From assembly GCA_051531975.1 (NCBI GenBank), contig JAOPTT010000020.1, positions 32,001 to 96,000 on the forward strand: DNA of 64,000 bases. The letters run 5' to 3'. Made by a program: the position numbers and the translations under genes. Of this stretch, positions 39,675-49,647 are shown piece by piece. The DNA is from Spirochaetaceae bacterium (GTDB lineage Bacteria > Spirochaetota > Spirochaetia > DSM-2461). Every line of letters begins with the position of its first letter. Position 1 is the stretch's first letter. The notes below the pieces were generated by a model. That model had not been told where the DNA came from. It worked only from the letters and a program-made list of their open reading frames with translations, and made no database searches.

Positions 39675-42600
39675 TTGACCGTAGAAAATAATACCGTACT
39701 TATAATGGATGATAATCTCCAAAATATTATTTCTTTATCTACAATCTTAAAGGATGAACGTTATAATGTTCAGATAGCTAAAAATGGTTCTCAAGCTATA
39801 GATTGTGTAAAAAAAGATCCACCACAACTTATTATAATGGATGTTTATATGTCTGTATTGGATGATTTTAATGCATGTCATGAGATAAAAAAATATGAAG
39901 AATTTAAATTAATCCCAATAATTTTTATTAGTGCTATGGATGACTCTTATAATAAAGTACAGGCTTTTAAAGCGGGGGGAGTTGACTATATTACAACACC
40001 ATTTCAGATTGAAGAATTATTAATGAGAGTGACAACTCAAATTAGTTTATATAATCTACAGTTAAAATTAAAGGATACAAATTTAAAATTAGTCAAAAAT
40101 TTAAAAAATACTTTTGAACAGTCTGTTGTTGGCATTTTTTATGGTAGTCCTGAAGGTAAATTTATAAAAGCTAATAAAAGATTTTTAGATATTACTGGTA
40201 ATACAGAGCGTGAGCTTCTTGAAATGTATATTATTGATATAATTCACGAAGATTTTAAGTCTATTGAAATGTCAAATATAAATAAGCTGCTAAATAAAGA
40301 AGTTTCAAAATATGTTCAGGAATTCATAATTAATCATAAAAGTGGAAACACTATATGGACAAAAATAACAATATCTCTTGTAAGTGATAATTTGGATGAG
40401 CCTGATTATATTGTTGGTGTATTGGAAGATATTACCGCCAGAAAAGAGTCAGAAAGAATTCTTAAAACAAGTGAACGAACTCTTGTACAGGCTCAAAAAA
40501 TGGCAAAACTTGGTAATTGGGAATTAGATCTCGTGAATAATAAGTTATATTGGTCTGAAGAAATTTTTGATATTTTTGGTGTTGATTCCAAAAATTTTGA
40601 AGCTACGTATGAGACATTTATAGAGATTATACATCCTGACGATAGAGATAAAGTCAATCAGGTATATCAGGAACATCTATCAAATAAAAAACCTTATGAT
40701 ATTGAACATAGAATACAATTAAAAGACGGAACCATTAAATTTGTCCGTGAGAACTGCGATTCTGATTTTAATTTAGATGGTGAACCTATTAAATCAAGGG
40801 GAACAGTCCAAGATATTACTGAAAAAAAAACAGTTGAAGATGAGATTCATAAATTAAATTTAGAACTTGAAGATAGAGTTAAACAAAGAACAAATGAAAT
40901 AAAAATATTATCCCAGGCTGTAGAACAAAGCTCTTCTTCTGTTGTTATAACAGATAAAAATGGAATAATTATATATGTAAACAAGAACTTTACTGATGTT
41001 ACAGGATATACATCTCATGAATCTATAGGTAGTAAACCTTCTATTATTAAATCAGGTGAAATGAATGGCTCATTTTACAAAAAATTGTGGAAAACTATTT
41101 TATCTGGAAATACTTGGAAAGATGAAATTTTAAATAAAAAGAAAAATAATGATCTGTTTTGGGAATTTGTTTCTATCTCACCAATTTTAAATGAAACCAA
41201 TGATATTATAAGTTTTGTTGCTGTTAAAGAAGATATTACTGAACGTAAAATACGAGAAAAATCATTAAGGGAGAAAACATTCAGGCTCGCACTTCACACC
41301 GATGTATTATTAGATCTAACGAAAGGTCATGAAATAACTGATAAAAGTATTGAGAAGGCGTATAAAGTTATAACAGAAGCCTCCGCAAAAGGGTTAAATA
41401 TAGAACGTTCAAGTATTTGGTTATTTGATGTTAAAAGAGAAAGTTTAGAATGTTTAGATCTGTATGAATCTTCATTAAATTGTCATTCAAAAGGCTTAAT
41501 TTTAACAAAATATAATTATCCTGCTTATTTTAAAATTCTTGAAGAAAAAAGACTCATCTTAGTAAACGATACCAGAATTGAGAATAAAACTTCTGAGTTG
41601 AAAAAAAAATATCTAGACCCCTTGAGTATTTTTTCAAAGATGGATAGTCCTATTTGGTTAAGAGGTGAAGTTATTGGGATCGTCTGTAATGAGCATATTG
41701 GAGATATCCGTACCTGGAAATCTGATGAAAAGTCATTTTCTAGATCTATTGCAGATTATGTTTCTCTTTCAATAGAAGCATCCGACCGTAGGCAGGCTCA
41801 GGACATAGCTGAGACTGCTACAAAATCCAAAAGTGACTTTTTAGCAAATATGAGTCATGAAATACGAACTCCTATGAATGCAGTTATCGGTTTAACACAT
41901 TTATTATCTAAAACAGACTTAAATTATAAACAAAATGATTATGTAAAAAAAATTGATAGTTCAGGTAGGAGTCTTCTTGGAATAATTAATGATATTCTTG
42001 ATTTTTCAAAAATTGAAGCAGGAAAGCTTGATATAGTAGACATTGATTTTAGTCTTAATGATCTTCTAGACAGTATTATGAACATCGTAAATATTAAAGC
42101 TCAACATAAAGGTCTTAAACTGGAAGTATCTATAGATAATGGGATTCCAGATAATTTAGTAGGTGATTCAATGAGAATAAGTCAGATACTGATTAATCTT
42201 ATAAATAATGCAGTTAAGTTTACTAAAAGTGGTAATATTATAATAAGTTGTAATATTGTAGAATTGTTAGAAGATAATATCATTCTTAGTTTTACAGTCA
42301 GTGATCCAGGAATCGGGATGACAGATGAACACAAAAAAAACCTTTTTCACTCCTTTTCCCAAGCTGATACATCTATTACACGTAAATATGGGGGTACTGG
42401 ACTAGGGCTTGCTATCTCTAAAAAATTAACAGAGATGATGGGGGGCCGAATTTACTTTGAAAGTGAATATCATAAAGGAAGTAAGTTTTCATTTACAGTT
42501 AATTGCAAAAAAAATAAAAAAATAAAACAAGACATAATTAAATTTGACCTTAAGGTTTTAGTTGTTGATGATAGTAAAATAATTCAATCGATATTAGAAA

Positions 42601-44006
42601 CTTATTTAGTAAAATTAGGTTGTAATATTACACTTCTTGATAGTGGTGAGGATGCAATTGATTTAGTCAAAAAATCAGAGAATAATCCATTTAATCTGAT
42701 ATTAATGGATTATCATATGCCCGGAATAAATGGATTAAAGGCAATAGAAGAGATAAAAAAAACAATTAATATTAAAAAAACAAAAATTATTCTAATTACA
42801 GGATTTGATGATGAAGATATTAAAAAAGAAGCTGAATTATTAGAATGTAATGACTTTATTATTAAACCAATAACCAAATCTATGCTTTTTGATTCAATTG
42901 TAAATTTATTTGGACCACCATTAGGAAGGTATCTTGTTCAGAAATCATCTTCTGAGTTATATAAGGAAAAAATACATTCCAAAATACTTTTAGTAGAAGA
43001 TAATGATATAAACCAGTTAGTTGCAAAAGAAATTCTTGAAGATAAAGGGTTGGATGTAGATATTGCCCAAAATGGAAAAATTGCTGTGGATATGGTTAAT
43101 CAAAATTATTACGACCTTGTTTTTATGGATATACAGATGCCAGTTATGGATGGTTTTACAGCCACAAATATTATAAGAAGAGATGAGACTAAAAGTTTTC
43201 TTCCAATTATAGCTATGACTGCAGATGCAATGACAGGGGTAAAAGAAGAAGTACTAAATAATGGTATGGACGACTATATCACTAAACCAATAGATCCAGC
43301 ATTACTATTTATAACTCTGGAGAAGTGGTTAAAAATTAATATCGATGACAGAGATCTTAGTTCAAATAATATAGAATCTATATTACCTGTAATTGAGTAC
43401 ATTTCTGTAAAAAAAGGGATAAGTAGAGTAAAAGGAAACACAGACGTTTTTATTAAACTTATTAAAAAATTCAGGATTAAATACATCGATGTAATGGACA
43501 TCATTAAACCATTGTATAACAAAAAAGAATATGAAAAATGTGAAAAATTAATACATGGGATTAAGGGAGCTGCTGGAAATCTCAGTGCAGAATCACTATA
43601 TGAGGCAGCTACAAAATTTGATACCGCCTTAACAAAGTGGGATAAAAACTCAATACCAATTTATTTCACGGAATTTGAGGATGAACTGCTTAAGGTATTG
43701 GAATCAATAGACAGGTATGAATGCCTTAATAAAGAGGAAACTGATTATGTTACCCATGATGAAAGTATAGATATAGATAAAGAACTAATAGAATTTCATA
43801 AGCTTTTTTTAGAACTAGCAAAAAATCTTAAAGAATATAACATGAAGGCAACAGATATCATGGATGAAATATTGTTAAAGCTTAGGTCAGTGGAAATAAA
43901 AGACCAGATTAAAACTATTAGTATTAAAGTTGAAGATTATGAATTTGATGTTGCTCTTGAACTTCTATCAAAATTTAATATTAAATATGATTTGAATATT
44001 GATTAG
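39675..44006 (+). CDS. Cytoplasmic hybrid histidine kinase: REC-PAS-PAS-PAS-GAF-HisKA-HATPase-REC-REC-HPt
   Basis: FLANMSHEIRTPMN, NLINNAVKFT, GGTGLGL, three DIT-ending PAS units, HGIKGAAGNL HPt. Confidence 0.92.
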   Translation: MTVENNTVLIMDDNLQNIISLSTILKDERYNVQIAKNGSQAIDCVKKDPPQLIIMDVYMSVLDDFNACHEIKKYEEFKLIPIIFISAMDDSYNKVQAFKAGGVDYITTPFQIEELLMRVTTQISLYNLQLKLKDTNLKLVKNLKNTFEQSVVGIFYGSPEGKFIKANKRFLDITGNTERELLEMYIIDIIHEDFKSIEMSNINKLLNKEVSKYVQEFIINHKSGNTIWTKITISLVSDNLDEPDYIVGVLEDITARKESERILKTSERTLVQAQKMAKLGNWELDLVNNKLYWSEEIFDIFGVDSKNFEATYETFIEIIHPDDRDKVNQVYQEHLSNKKPYDIEHRIQLKDGTIKFVRENCDSDFNLDGEPIKSRGTVQDITEKKTVEDEIHKLNLELEDRVKQRTNEIKILSQAVEQSSSSVVITDKNGIIIYVNKNFTDVTGYTSHESIGSKPSIIKSGEMNGSFYKKLWKTILSGNTWKDEILNKKKNNDLFWEFVSISPILNETNDIISFVAVKEDITERKIREKSLREKTFRLALHTDVLLDLTKGHEITDKSIEKAYKVITEASAKGLNIERSSIWLFDVKRESLECLDLYESSLNCHSKGLILTKYNYPAYFKILEEKRLILVNDTRIENKTSELKKKYLDPLSIFSKMDSPIWLRGEVIGIVCNEHIGDIRTWKSDEKSFSRSIADYVSLSIEASDRRQAQDIAETATKSKSDFLANMSHEIRTPMNAVIGLTHLLSKTDLNYKQNDYVKKIDSSGRSLLGIINDILDFSKIEAGKLDIVDIDFSLNDLLDSIMNIVNIKAQHKGLKLEVSIDNGIPDNLVGDSMRISQILINLINNAVKFTKSGNIIISCNIVELLEDNIILSFTVSDPGIGMTDEHKKNLFHSFSQADTSITRKYGGTGLGLAISKKLTEMMGGRIYFESEYHKGSKFSFTVNCKKNKKIKQDIIKFDLKVLVVDDSKIIQSILETYLVKLGCNITLLDSGEDAIDLVKKSENNPFNLILMDYHMPGINGLKAIEEIKKTINIKKTKIILITGFDDEDIKKEAELLECNDFIIKPITKSMLFDSIVNLFGPPLGRYLVQKSSSELYKEKIHSKILLVEDNDINQLVAKEILEDKGLDVDIAQNGKIAVDMVNQNYYDLVFMDIQMPVMDGFTATNIIRRDETKSFLPIIAMTADAMTGVKEEVLNNGMDDYITKPIDPALLFITLEKWLKINIDDRDLSSNNIESILPVIEYISVKKGISRVKGNTDVFIKLIKKFRIKYIDVMDIIKPLYNKKEYEKCEKLIHGIKGAAGNLSAESLYEAATKFDTALTKWDKNSIPIYFTEFEDELLKVLESIDRYECLNKEETDYVTHDESIDIDKELIEFHKLFLELAKNLKEYNMKATDIMDEILLKLRSVEIKDQIKTISIKVEDYEFDVALELLSKFNIKYDLNID

Positions 44007-44037
44007 TCAACAGTAATAATTAAAATAGGAGTTCTTC

Positions 44038-45063
44038 ATGAATACTAACAAACAACAAATACTTATTGTTGATGATATTAATACTAATCTTCAGGTTTTA
44101 TATAATATCTTAAAAGATGACTATGAAGTCCTCTTTGCAAAAAATGGGATACAGGCATTAAAAATAATTAATAACAATAGCGTTAAACCTGATCTTATTT
44201 TACTCGACGTTATGATGCCTGAAATGGATGGATTTGAAGTTTGCAGAAAACTTAAGCAGTCATTTTTCACAAAAAATATTCCTATAATTTTTGTATCAGC
44301 AAAAGATGAAGATGTTGATGAAGAAACTGGGTTTGGATTGGGAGCAGTTGATTATATTGCTAAACCGGTCCGTCCAGCTGTTGTCCTGGCAAGGGTAAAG
44401 ACCCATCTGTTAATAAATGACCAAAAAAAACATCTTGAAGATATTGTAAAAGAGAGGACCAATGAACTCGAAAATACCAGATTAAAAATTATACGGAGAT
44501 TAGCTAAGGCTGGAGAGTTTAAAGATAATGAAACAGGAATGCATGTTATAAGAATGAGTAAGTACGCTCAACTTTTGGCAAAAAAGATAGGAATGAGTGA
44601 CGAAGAATCTAAATTACTTTTAAATGTAGCTCCAATGCATGATATAGGTAAAATAGGTATCCCGGATCACATTTTATTAAAAAAAGGACCACTGGATGCA
44701 GAAGAATGGAATATTATGAAAAAACATGCACAAATAGGGTATGACATCTTAGGTGAAGCAGATGCAGATATCATTTCTGAGGCTAAAAATTGTGCAATTA
44801 CTCACCATGAAAAGTGGGATGGTTCAGGTTATCCTAATGGAATAAAAGGTGAAGATATACCTATTTATGGCCGTATTGTGGGTGTTTCTGATGTATTTGA
44901 TGCTTTAACAAGTGAGAGGCCATATAAAAAAGCGTGGAGTGTTGAAAAGGCTTTAGAACTTCTAATTCAGGAAAAGGGTAAACATTTTGATCCTGATTTA
45001 ATTGATAAATTCCTTGAAATCATACCTGAGATTCTAAAAATTAAAGAAGAATTTAAAGGCTAG
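44038..45063 (+). CDS. Response regulator with HD-GYP c-di-GMP phosphodiesterase domain (RpfG-like)
   Basis: REC LLDVMMPEMDG; MHDIGKIG, HHEKWDGSGYP, DVFDALTSERPYK. Confidence 0.93.
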   Translation: MNTNKQQILIVDDINTNLQVLYNILKDDYEVLFAKNGIQALKIINNNSVKPDLILLDVMMPEMDGFEVCRKLKQSFFTKNIPIIFVSAKDEDVDEETGFGLGAVDYIAKPVRPAVVLARVKTHLLINDQKKHLEDIVKERTNELENTRLKIIRRLAKAGEFKDNETGMHVIRMSKYAQLLAKKIGMSDEESKLLLNVAPMHDIGKIGIPDHILLKKGPLDAEEWNIMKKHAQIGYDILGEADADIISEAKNCAITHHEKWDGSGYPNGIKGEDIPIYGRIVGVSDVFDALTSERPYKKAWSVEKALELLIQEKGKHFDPDLIDKFLEIIPEILKIKEEFKG

Positions 45064-45156
45064 AAAATATTCTCTGTATATATAAGATATTACTTACTGG
45101 TATAATAATCTGCAAACATCTATAAAACTATTTTTATAACATGTAATCTAATATAT

Positions 45157-45681
45157 ATGTTTCTAATTATACCAATTTCCATTCTAATTATGATATTAAT
45201 AATCTTTTATAGTTTTAAAACAGGAGTTGTTCCTATGCCTTCATCTTATAATGAGAGGTTATTAGTTTTAAATATTATCTCCAGGTATAAAAACATATCA
45301 AATATAACAGAATTAGGTGCCGGTTGGGGAGGTATTGTTAATAAACTTTCAGTACGATATCCAGAGCAATACTATACTGCTGTAGAACTTTCTATAATAC
45401 CCTATTTCGTAGGGAAAGTTTTTACATTTCTTAAGAGACAACCAAATATAAACTGGAAACTTCAAAACTTCTTAAATGCACCCTTAGATGATGAAACTAT
45501 ATATATTACATATTTATCAGGACCTATAATGAAGAAGTTAAGAAGTAGGTTTGAAAAGGATTTACCAAAAGGTACAGTATTAATATCAATTGCTTTTGCT
45601 ATGCCTGGGTGGACGGCAACAACTGTTGAATATGTAAATAGTAAAACTTATGCACCTATCTATATTTACGAATTAAAATAG
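45157..45681 (+). CDS. Small membrane-anchored class I SAM-dependent methyltransferase
   Basis: N-terminal TM, GVVPMPSS, ELGAGWGG motif I, AVELS. Confidence 0.75.
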   Translation: MFLIIPISILIMILIIFYSFKTGVVPMPSSYNERLLVLNIISRYKNISNITELGAGWGGIVNKLSVRYPEQYYTAVELSIIPYFVGKVFTFLKRQPNINWKLQNFLNAPLDDETIYITYLSGPIMKKLRSRFEKDLPKGTVLISIAFAMPGWTATTVEYVNSKTYAPIYIYELK

Positions 45682-45751
45682 GTTTTTACTTTGACCTACA
45701 GAATTATGAATAAAACATTTAATTTAAATGATAATTATTACTGTTAATTTC

Positions 45752-45780
45752 TTGACTTTATCTCTACATGGAGATACTTT
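45752..45780 (+). promoter_or_regulatory. Promoter TTGACT-17-TACTTT with palindromic MarR (MhqR-type) operator TATCTC-N6-GAGATA
   Basis: Operator 45759-45776 lies in the spacer and overlaps the -10; ATG follows 6 nt after the -10. Confidence 0.7.
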
Positions 45781-45786
45781 GTAGGT

Positions 45787-46239
45787 ATGGATAGTAACAA
45801 AGTAGATGAAACTAACGTTAATTTAAAGTTAATAATATCAATTACAAAGTTAATGAAGTCTGTAGAATTAGGTATAACACCCCAGATTTTATCAGAAGGT
45901 TTATCACAAACACAATTTATTGTTTTGGAAGCCTTATTACATAAAGGTCCACTAACAGTTAATGAAATTATTGAAAAGGCATTTTCGTCTAGTGGTAATA
46001 TTGGTTTAGTAATAAAAAACTTAGAAAAATTAGAATTAGTAAAAAAACAAGTATCAGAAATCGATAAAAGAAGTAGAACTATTATTTTAACAGAAAAAGG
46101 AAGAGATGTTATTAGTAACTTTTTCCCAAAACATGTAAAAACTCTGAATCATCTTTTAAGTGGAATTAACAAAGAAGAAAAAATTGAATTATCAGGTTTA
46201 ATGAAAAAGATAAGTCTATCCATAGGAGAGAAATTATGA
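45787..46239 (+). CDS. MarR-family regulator (MhqR-like)
   Basis: GLSQTQFIVLEALLHKGPL..SSGNIGLVIKNLEK..DKRS..LTEKG. Confidence 0.88.
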   Translation: MDSNKVDETNVNLKLIISITKLMKSVELGITPQILSEGLSQTQFIVLEALLHKGPLTVNEIIEKAFSSSGNIGLVIKNLEKLELVKKQVSEIDKRSRTIILTEKGRDVISNFFPKHVKTLNHLLSGINKEEKIELSGLMKKISLSIGEKL

Positions 46240-47090
46240 ATATTAAAGGAATAAAAAAGATAAAAACACCTCAAAGAGTTACTGATGGAGCTGGTGTAGA
46301 ACTAAATAGAGTTATTGGAATTGATGAAGTAGATGATACCGATCCATTTTTAATGTTAGATCATTTTGAAAACAGAGACCCAACAAAAGAGATGGCTGGT
46401 TTCCCATGGCACCCACATAGAGGAATTGAAACAATTACATATATGATAAAGGGTGGAATCTACCATGAAGATAGTCTTGGTAATAAGGGTAAGTTAGAGT
46501 CTGGGGATGTTCAGTGGATGACAGCTGGGAGTGGAATAGTTCACCAAGAGATGCCTTTAGAGGGAGCTGGTAACCTGTATTTAGGGTTTCAGTTATGGTC
46601 TAATCTACCTTCGACCCATAAGATGATGAATCCTAGGTATCAGGAAATAAAATCAGATGATATTCCATTAGTTACAGACGAAGATGGTAGTTTAATTAAA
46701 GTGATTACTGGTGAATATAAAGGTGTACAAGGACCTGTATCTGAAATTATCACAAATCCTCTATACCTTGATATTTATATTCTACCAGATGTAGAAAAAG
46801 AGATTATTGTTAGTGATAAAAAAAATACATTTTTATATGTTTTTGAAGGTAGTGGGGAAATACATTCTACATTAAAATTAGAACCTGTCAAAAAGTTAGA
46901 TCTAGTACTATTTACATCTGGAGATGTTATTAAAATTAGTTCAGGGAAAGAGGGTATTAGGTTTTTACTAATATCAGGAGAACCACTTAATGAAGCGATT
47001 GCTTGGAGTGGACCTATTGTCATGAATACCCAGGAAGAGTTACAAGTTGCTTTTAATGAATATAATAATGGGACTTTTTTGAAACAATAG
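46236..47090 (+). CDS. Pirin-family bicupin protein
   Basis: DPFLMLDHF, HPHRGIETITY, WMTAGSGIVHQE, GPIVMNT. Confidence 0.95.
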   Translation: MNIKGIKKIKTPQRVTDGAGVELNRVIGIDEVDDTDPFLMLDHFENRDPTKEMAGFPWHPHRGIETITYMIKGGIYHEDSLGNKGKLESGDVQWMTAGSGIVHQEMPLEGAGNLYLGFQLWSNLPSTHKMMNPRYQEIKSDDIPLVTDEDGSLIKVITGEYKGVQGPVSEIITNPLYLDIYILPDVEKEIIVSDKKNTFLYVFEGSGEIHSTLKLEPVKKLDLVLFTSGDVIKISSGKEGIRFLLISGEPLNEAIAWSGPIVMNTQEELQVAFNEYNNGTFLKQ

Positions 47091-47095
47091 ATAAC

Positions 47096-47126
47096 AGCAA
47101 CTGATATTTATGACATATCAGTTGCT
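47096..47126. terminator. Stem-loop (probably bidirectional terminator) between convergent genes
   Basis: AGCAACTGATAT (47096-47107)/ATATCAGTTGCT (47115-47126). Confidence 0.7.
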
Positions 47127-47140
47127 AGTTTATATAACTA

Positions 47141-47644
47141 TTAAAGATAAAAGTTAACACCTAATACAACTTCCGTAGATGGATACATCCAATCTGGTTC
47201 ACCAATTAAAAGAGATTGGCAAGCTTCTAATATAATATTCATTGATGGATGGATTTTATATCTTGCTCCTAATTTTATATTAGGACCAATTAAAAAACCT
47301 TTATCATCACCTGTTAATCTAATTGTAGGACTTAAACCTGTACCAACTAAAAAAGTGAAAACTTCATTTTGTGGAAATAAAAAATTAATCCCAACCTTAA
47401 TAGGAATGTTAAACATAGGTTCTACATCATCATTTTCATCTACATTTTCAGTATTTAAATTAAGAGCAACCTTTATATCAAGTTCTTTATTGTCATTTAG
47501 TGGTTTTATTAAAGAAAACCCAAAATTAACAAAAAACTCTTCTAGGTACTCTGTTCCAGCACTTATTGAATATGATGTTAATCGATCTTCTGAATAAAGG
47601 TTAAACGCGGCTAATAATAGTGTAACTAATAATATTTTTTTCAT
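47141..47644 (-). CDS. Small secreted protein, probable 8-stranded outer-membrane beta-barrel
   Basis: Signal peptide; alternating amphipathic strands; C-terminal VVLGVNFYL resembles a beta-signal. Confidence 0.65.
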   Translation of the reverse strand: MKKILLVTLLLAAFNLYSEDRLTSYSISAGTEYLEEFFVNFGFSLIKPLNDNKELDIKVALNLNTENVDENDDVEPMFNIPIKVGINFLFPQNEVFTFLVGTGLSPTIRLTGDDKGFLIGPNIKLGARYKIHPSMNIILEACQSLLIGEPDWMYPSTEVVLGVNFYL

Positions 47645-47736
47645 CCTATTATAAAACTATATTTGTCAAGAAGAATCAAGTTATTTATTATATGAATCTC
47701 CTTGTAACAGCTTAATAAAGCATTTAATATAGCTAT

Positions 47737-49647
47737 ATGAATCTCTTAACAATTCAAGAAGTTGCCTCAAAATTAAAGATATCTAAAGCAAGTGTTAAAA
47801 ACTGGGAAAAACAAGGATATCTTGCGCCAGTTCATAATAAATTATACTCACCATCAGATGTTTCTACACTTCAGAGTAAATTAGATAGTGGAGAACTTAA
47901 AAGACTTGAGAGCAGGGCAAATAAAAGTAGATCCAAGAACCAGTTTATACCTTTAGAGTATCTAAAGAATCCTGAATCCATAACAGGATTAGAGGAAATT
48001 ATAACTTTTATTACTAAGTATAATATTAAACCCGAACAAGCACTTTTTTTATTGGCAATAAATGCACTGGTTAAAACAGACGATATAGAAAAAGAACATT
48101 TATATGAAGCTCTAAAATTTGAGAATTCAAATTATTTTAAACGTGAGTCAGTTTTTGAGGAATTAAAAAACTGGTATGAGCAGATTCATAAAAAAGAGAT
48201 TAAAAAAGATAATCTATATTGTAATTTCCTTTTAGAAGTTCCTCTACCAACTGAAATTGATCTGTTAGGTATTATTCATCAATCAATTATGCAAGAGGGT
48301 ACAAAGTCATCATTAGGCTCATATTATACACCGCCTTCATTAGTTTCTAAGATTGTAAAAGATAATATAACACCTGAAAGTAAGGTTCTAGATCCTTGTT
48401 GTGGAACAGGGCAATTTCTTTTAACAATGGCAGATGATATCCTAGATCCAAATTTAATTTGGGGTGCAGATATTGATGAAATCGCAGTAAGGATAGCAAA
48501 AGTAAACCTATTATTACATTATCATGAGCGGGATTTTACTCCTAATATATTTCACTGCAACTCATTAACCAATTGGGTGGAAGGAGATTTTTCTTTAATA
48601 GCAACAAATCCTCCCTGGGGTGCTAAAATTAATTTAACTACATTAAAACAGTTAAAAGATATATATCCTGAGATACAGTCAAAAGAGAGTTTTTCATTCT
48701 TTTTGACCTTTGCATTAACACATCTTAAAAATGGCGGTATATATTCATTTGTACTTCCTGAATCTATTTTATATGTAAAAAATCACCAAGATATTAGATC
48801 CCATCTTCTAAATAACTCCCAAATTAAATTTATACAAAGTGGTGGGCGGATGTTTAAAAATGTATTTTCCTCAGTTATTAGAATTGATGGTATAAATACA
48901 TTACCGGTCAATGATACCGTTGTTAAACTAGAGACAACACAAAACGAATATAGTATTAAACAAAATAGATTTTTATCTAATCATAACAGAATAATTGACC
49001 TTTATTGCTCAAATACTGACCAAAATATAATTGAGAATGTATATAATAAACCCCATGTAACATTAGAAAATAGTGCTGATTGGGCTTTAGGAATTGTTAC
49101 TGGAAATAATAACTTACACATAAAAAAAATAATCGACGAAAATCTTGAACCACTTTTTAAGGGAAAGGACTTAGAACCACTAAAATTTAAATTGGCAACT
49201 AATTATATAGAGTTTAATCCAAAACTATTTCAGCAATGTGCTCCTGAACATCTATATAGAGCTCCTGAGAAATTAGTATATAAATTTATATCCAAAGACC
49301 TAGTTTTTGCTTATGATGATAAACAGCTTTTAACACTGAATAGTGCAAATATTCTTATCCCAAAAGTTCCTAATTATCCTATTAAAATAATTGGTGCTCT
49401 ATTTAATTCAGCACTTTACAAATTTATATATAAAAAGAAATTTAATGCTCTAAAAGTACTAAGAGGGGATATTGAGACTCTACCCATTCCAAACTTAACC
49501 TCTGATGAAAAAAAGATATTAACCTCTTTATCTAACAGAGTCATTTCTAATGAAATCGAGTATAAAGATATCGATGACTATATTTTTAATCTATTTGAGA
49601 TATCAGATGAATACAAGTCTAAGATAATGATGTTTCTAGAATCCTAA
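47737..49647 (+). CDS. N6-adenine DNA methyltransferase (gamma class, TaqI-like TRD) with N-terminal MerR/excisionase-like HTH
   Basis: LTIQEVASKLKISKASVKNWEKQG HTH; GSYYTP, LDPCCGTGQF (motif I), ATNPPW (motif IV). Confidence 0.88.
   Translation: MNLLTIQEVASKLKISKASVKNWEKQGYLAPVHNKLYSPSDVSTLQSKLDSGELKRLESRANKSRSKNQFIPLEYLKNPESITGLEEIITFITKYNIKPEQALFLLAINALVKTDDIEKEHLYEALKFENSNYFKRESVFEELKNWYEQIHKKEIKKDNLYCNFLLEVPLPTEIDLLGIIHQSIMQEGTKSSLGSYYTPPSLVSKIVKDNITPESKVLDPCCGTGQFLLTMADDILDPNLIWGADIDEIAVRIAKVNLLLHYHERDFTPNIFHCNSLTNWVEGDFSLIATNPPWGAKINLTTLKQLKDIYPEIQSKESFSFFLTFALTHLKNGGIYSFVLPESILYVKNHQDIRSHLLNNSQIKFIQSGGRMFKNVFSSVIRIDGINTLPVNDTVVKLETTQNEYSIKQNRFLSNHNRIIDLYCSNTDQNIIENVYNKPHVTLENSADWALGIVTGNNNLHIKKIIDENLEPLFKGKDLEPLKFKLATNYIEFNPKLFQQCAPEHLYRAPEKLVYKFISKDLVFAYDDKQLLTLNSANILIPKVPNYPIKIIGALFNSALYKFIYKKKFNALKVLRGDIETLPIPNLTSDEKKILTSLSNRVISNEIEYKDIDDYIFNLFEISDEYKSKIMMFLES

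Noticed and set aside
47737..49647. Complete restriction-modification or BREX-type defence system
   Set aside because: Neighbours are a small secreted protein and gshAB; no nuclease, specificity subunit or other defence gene recognised
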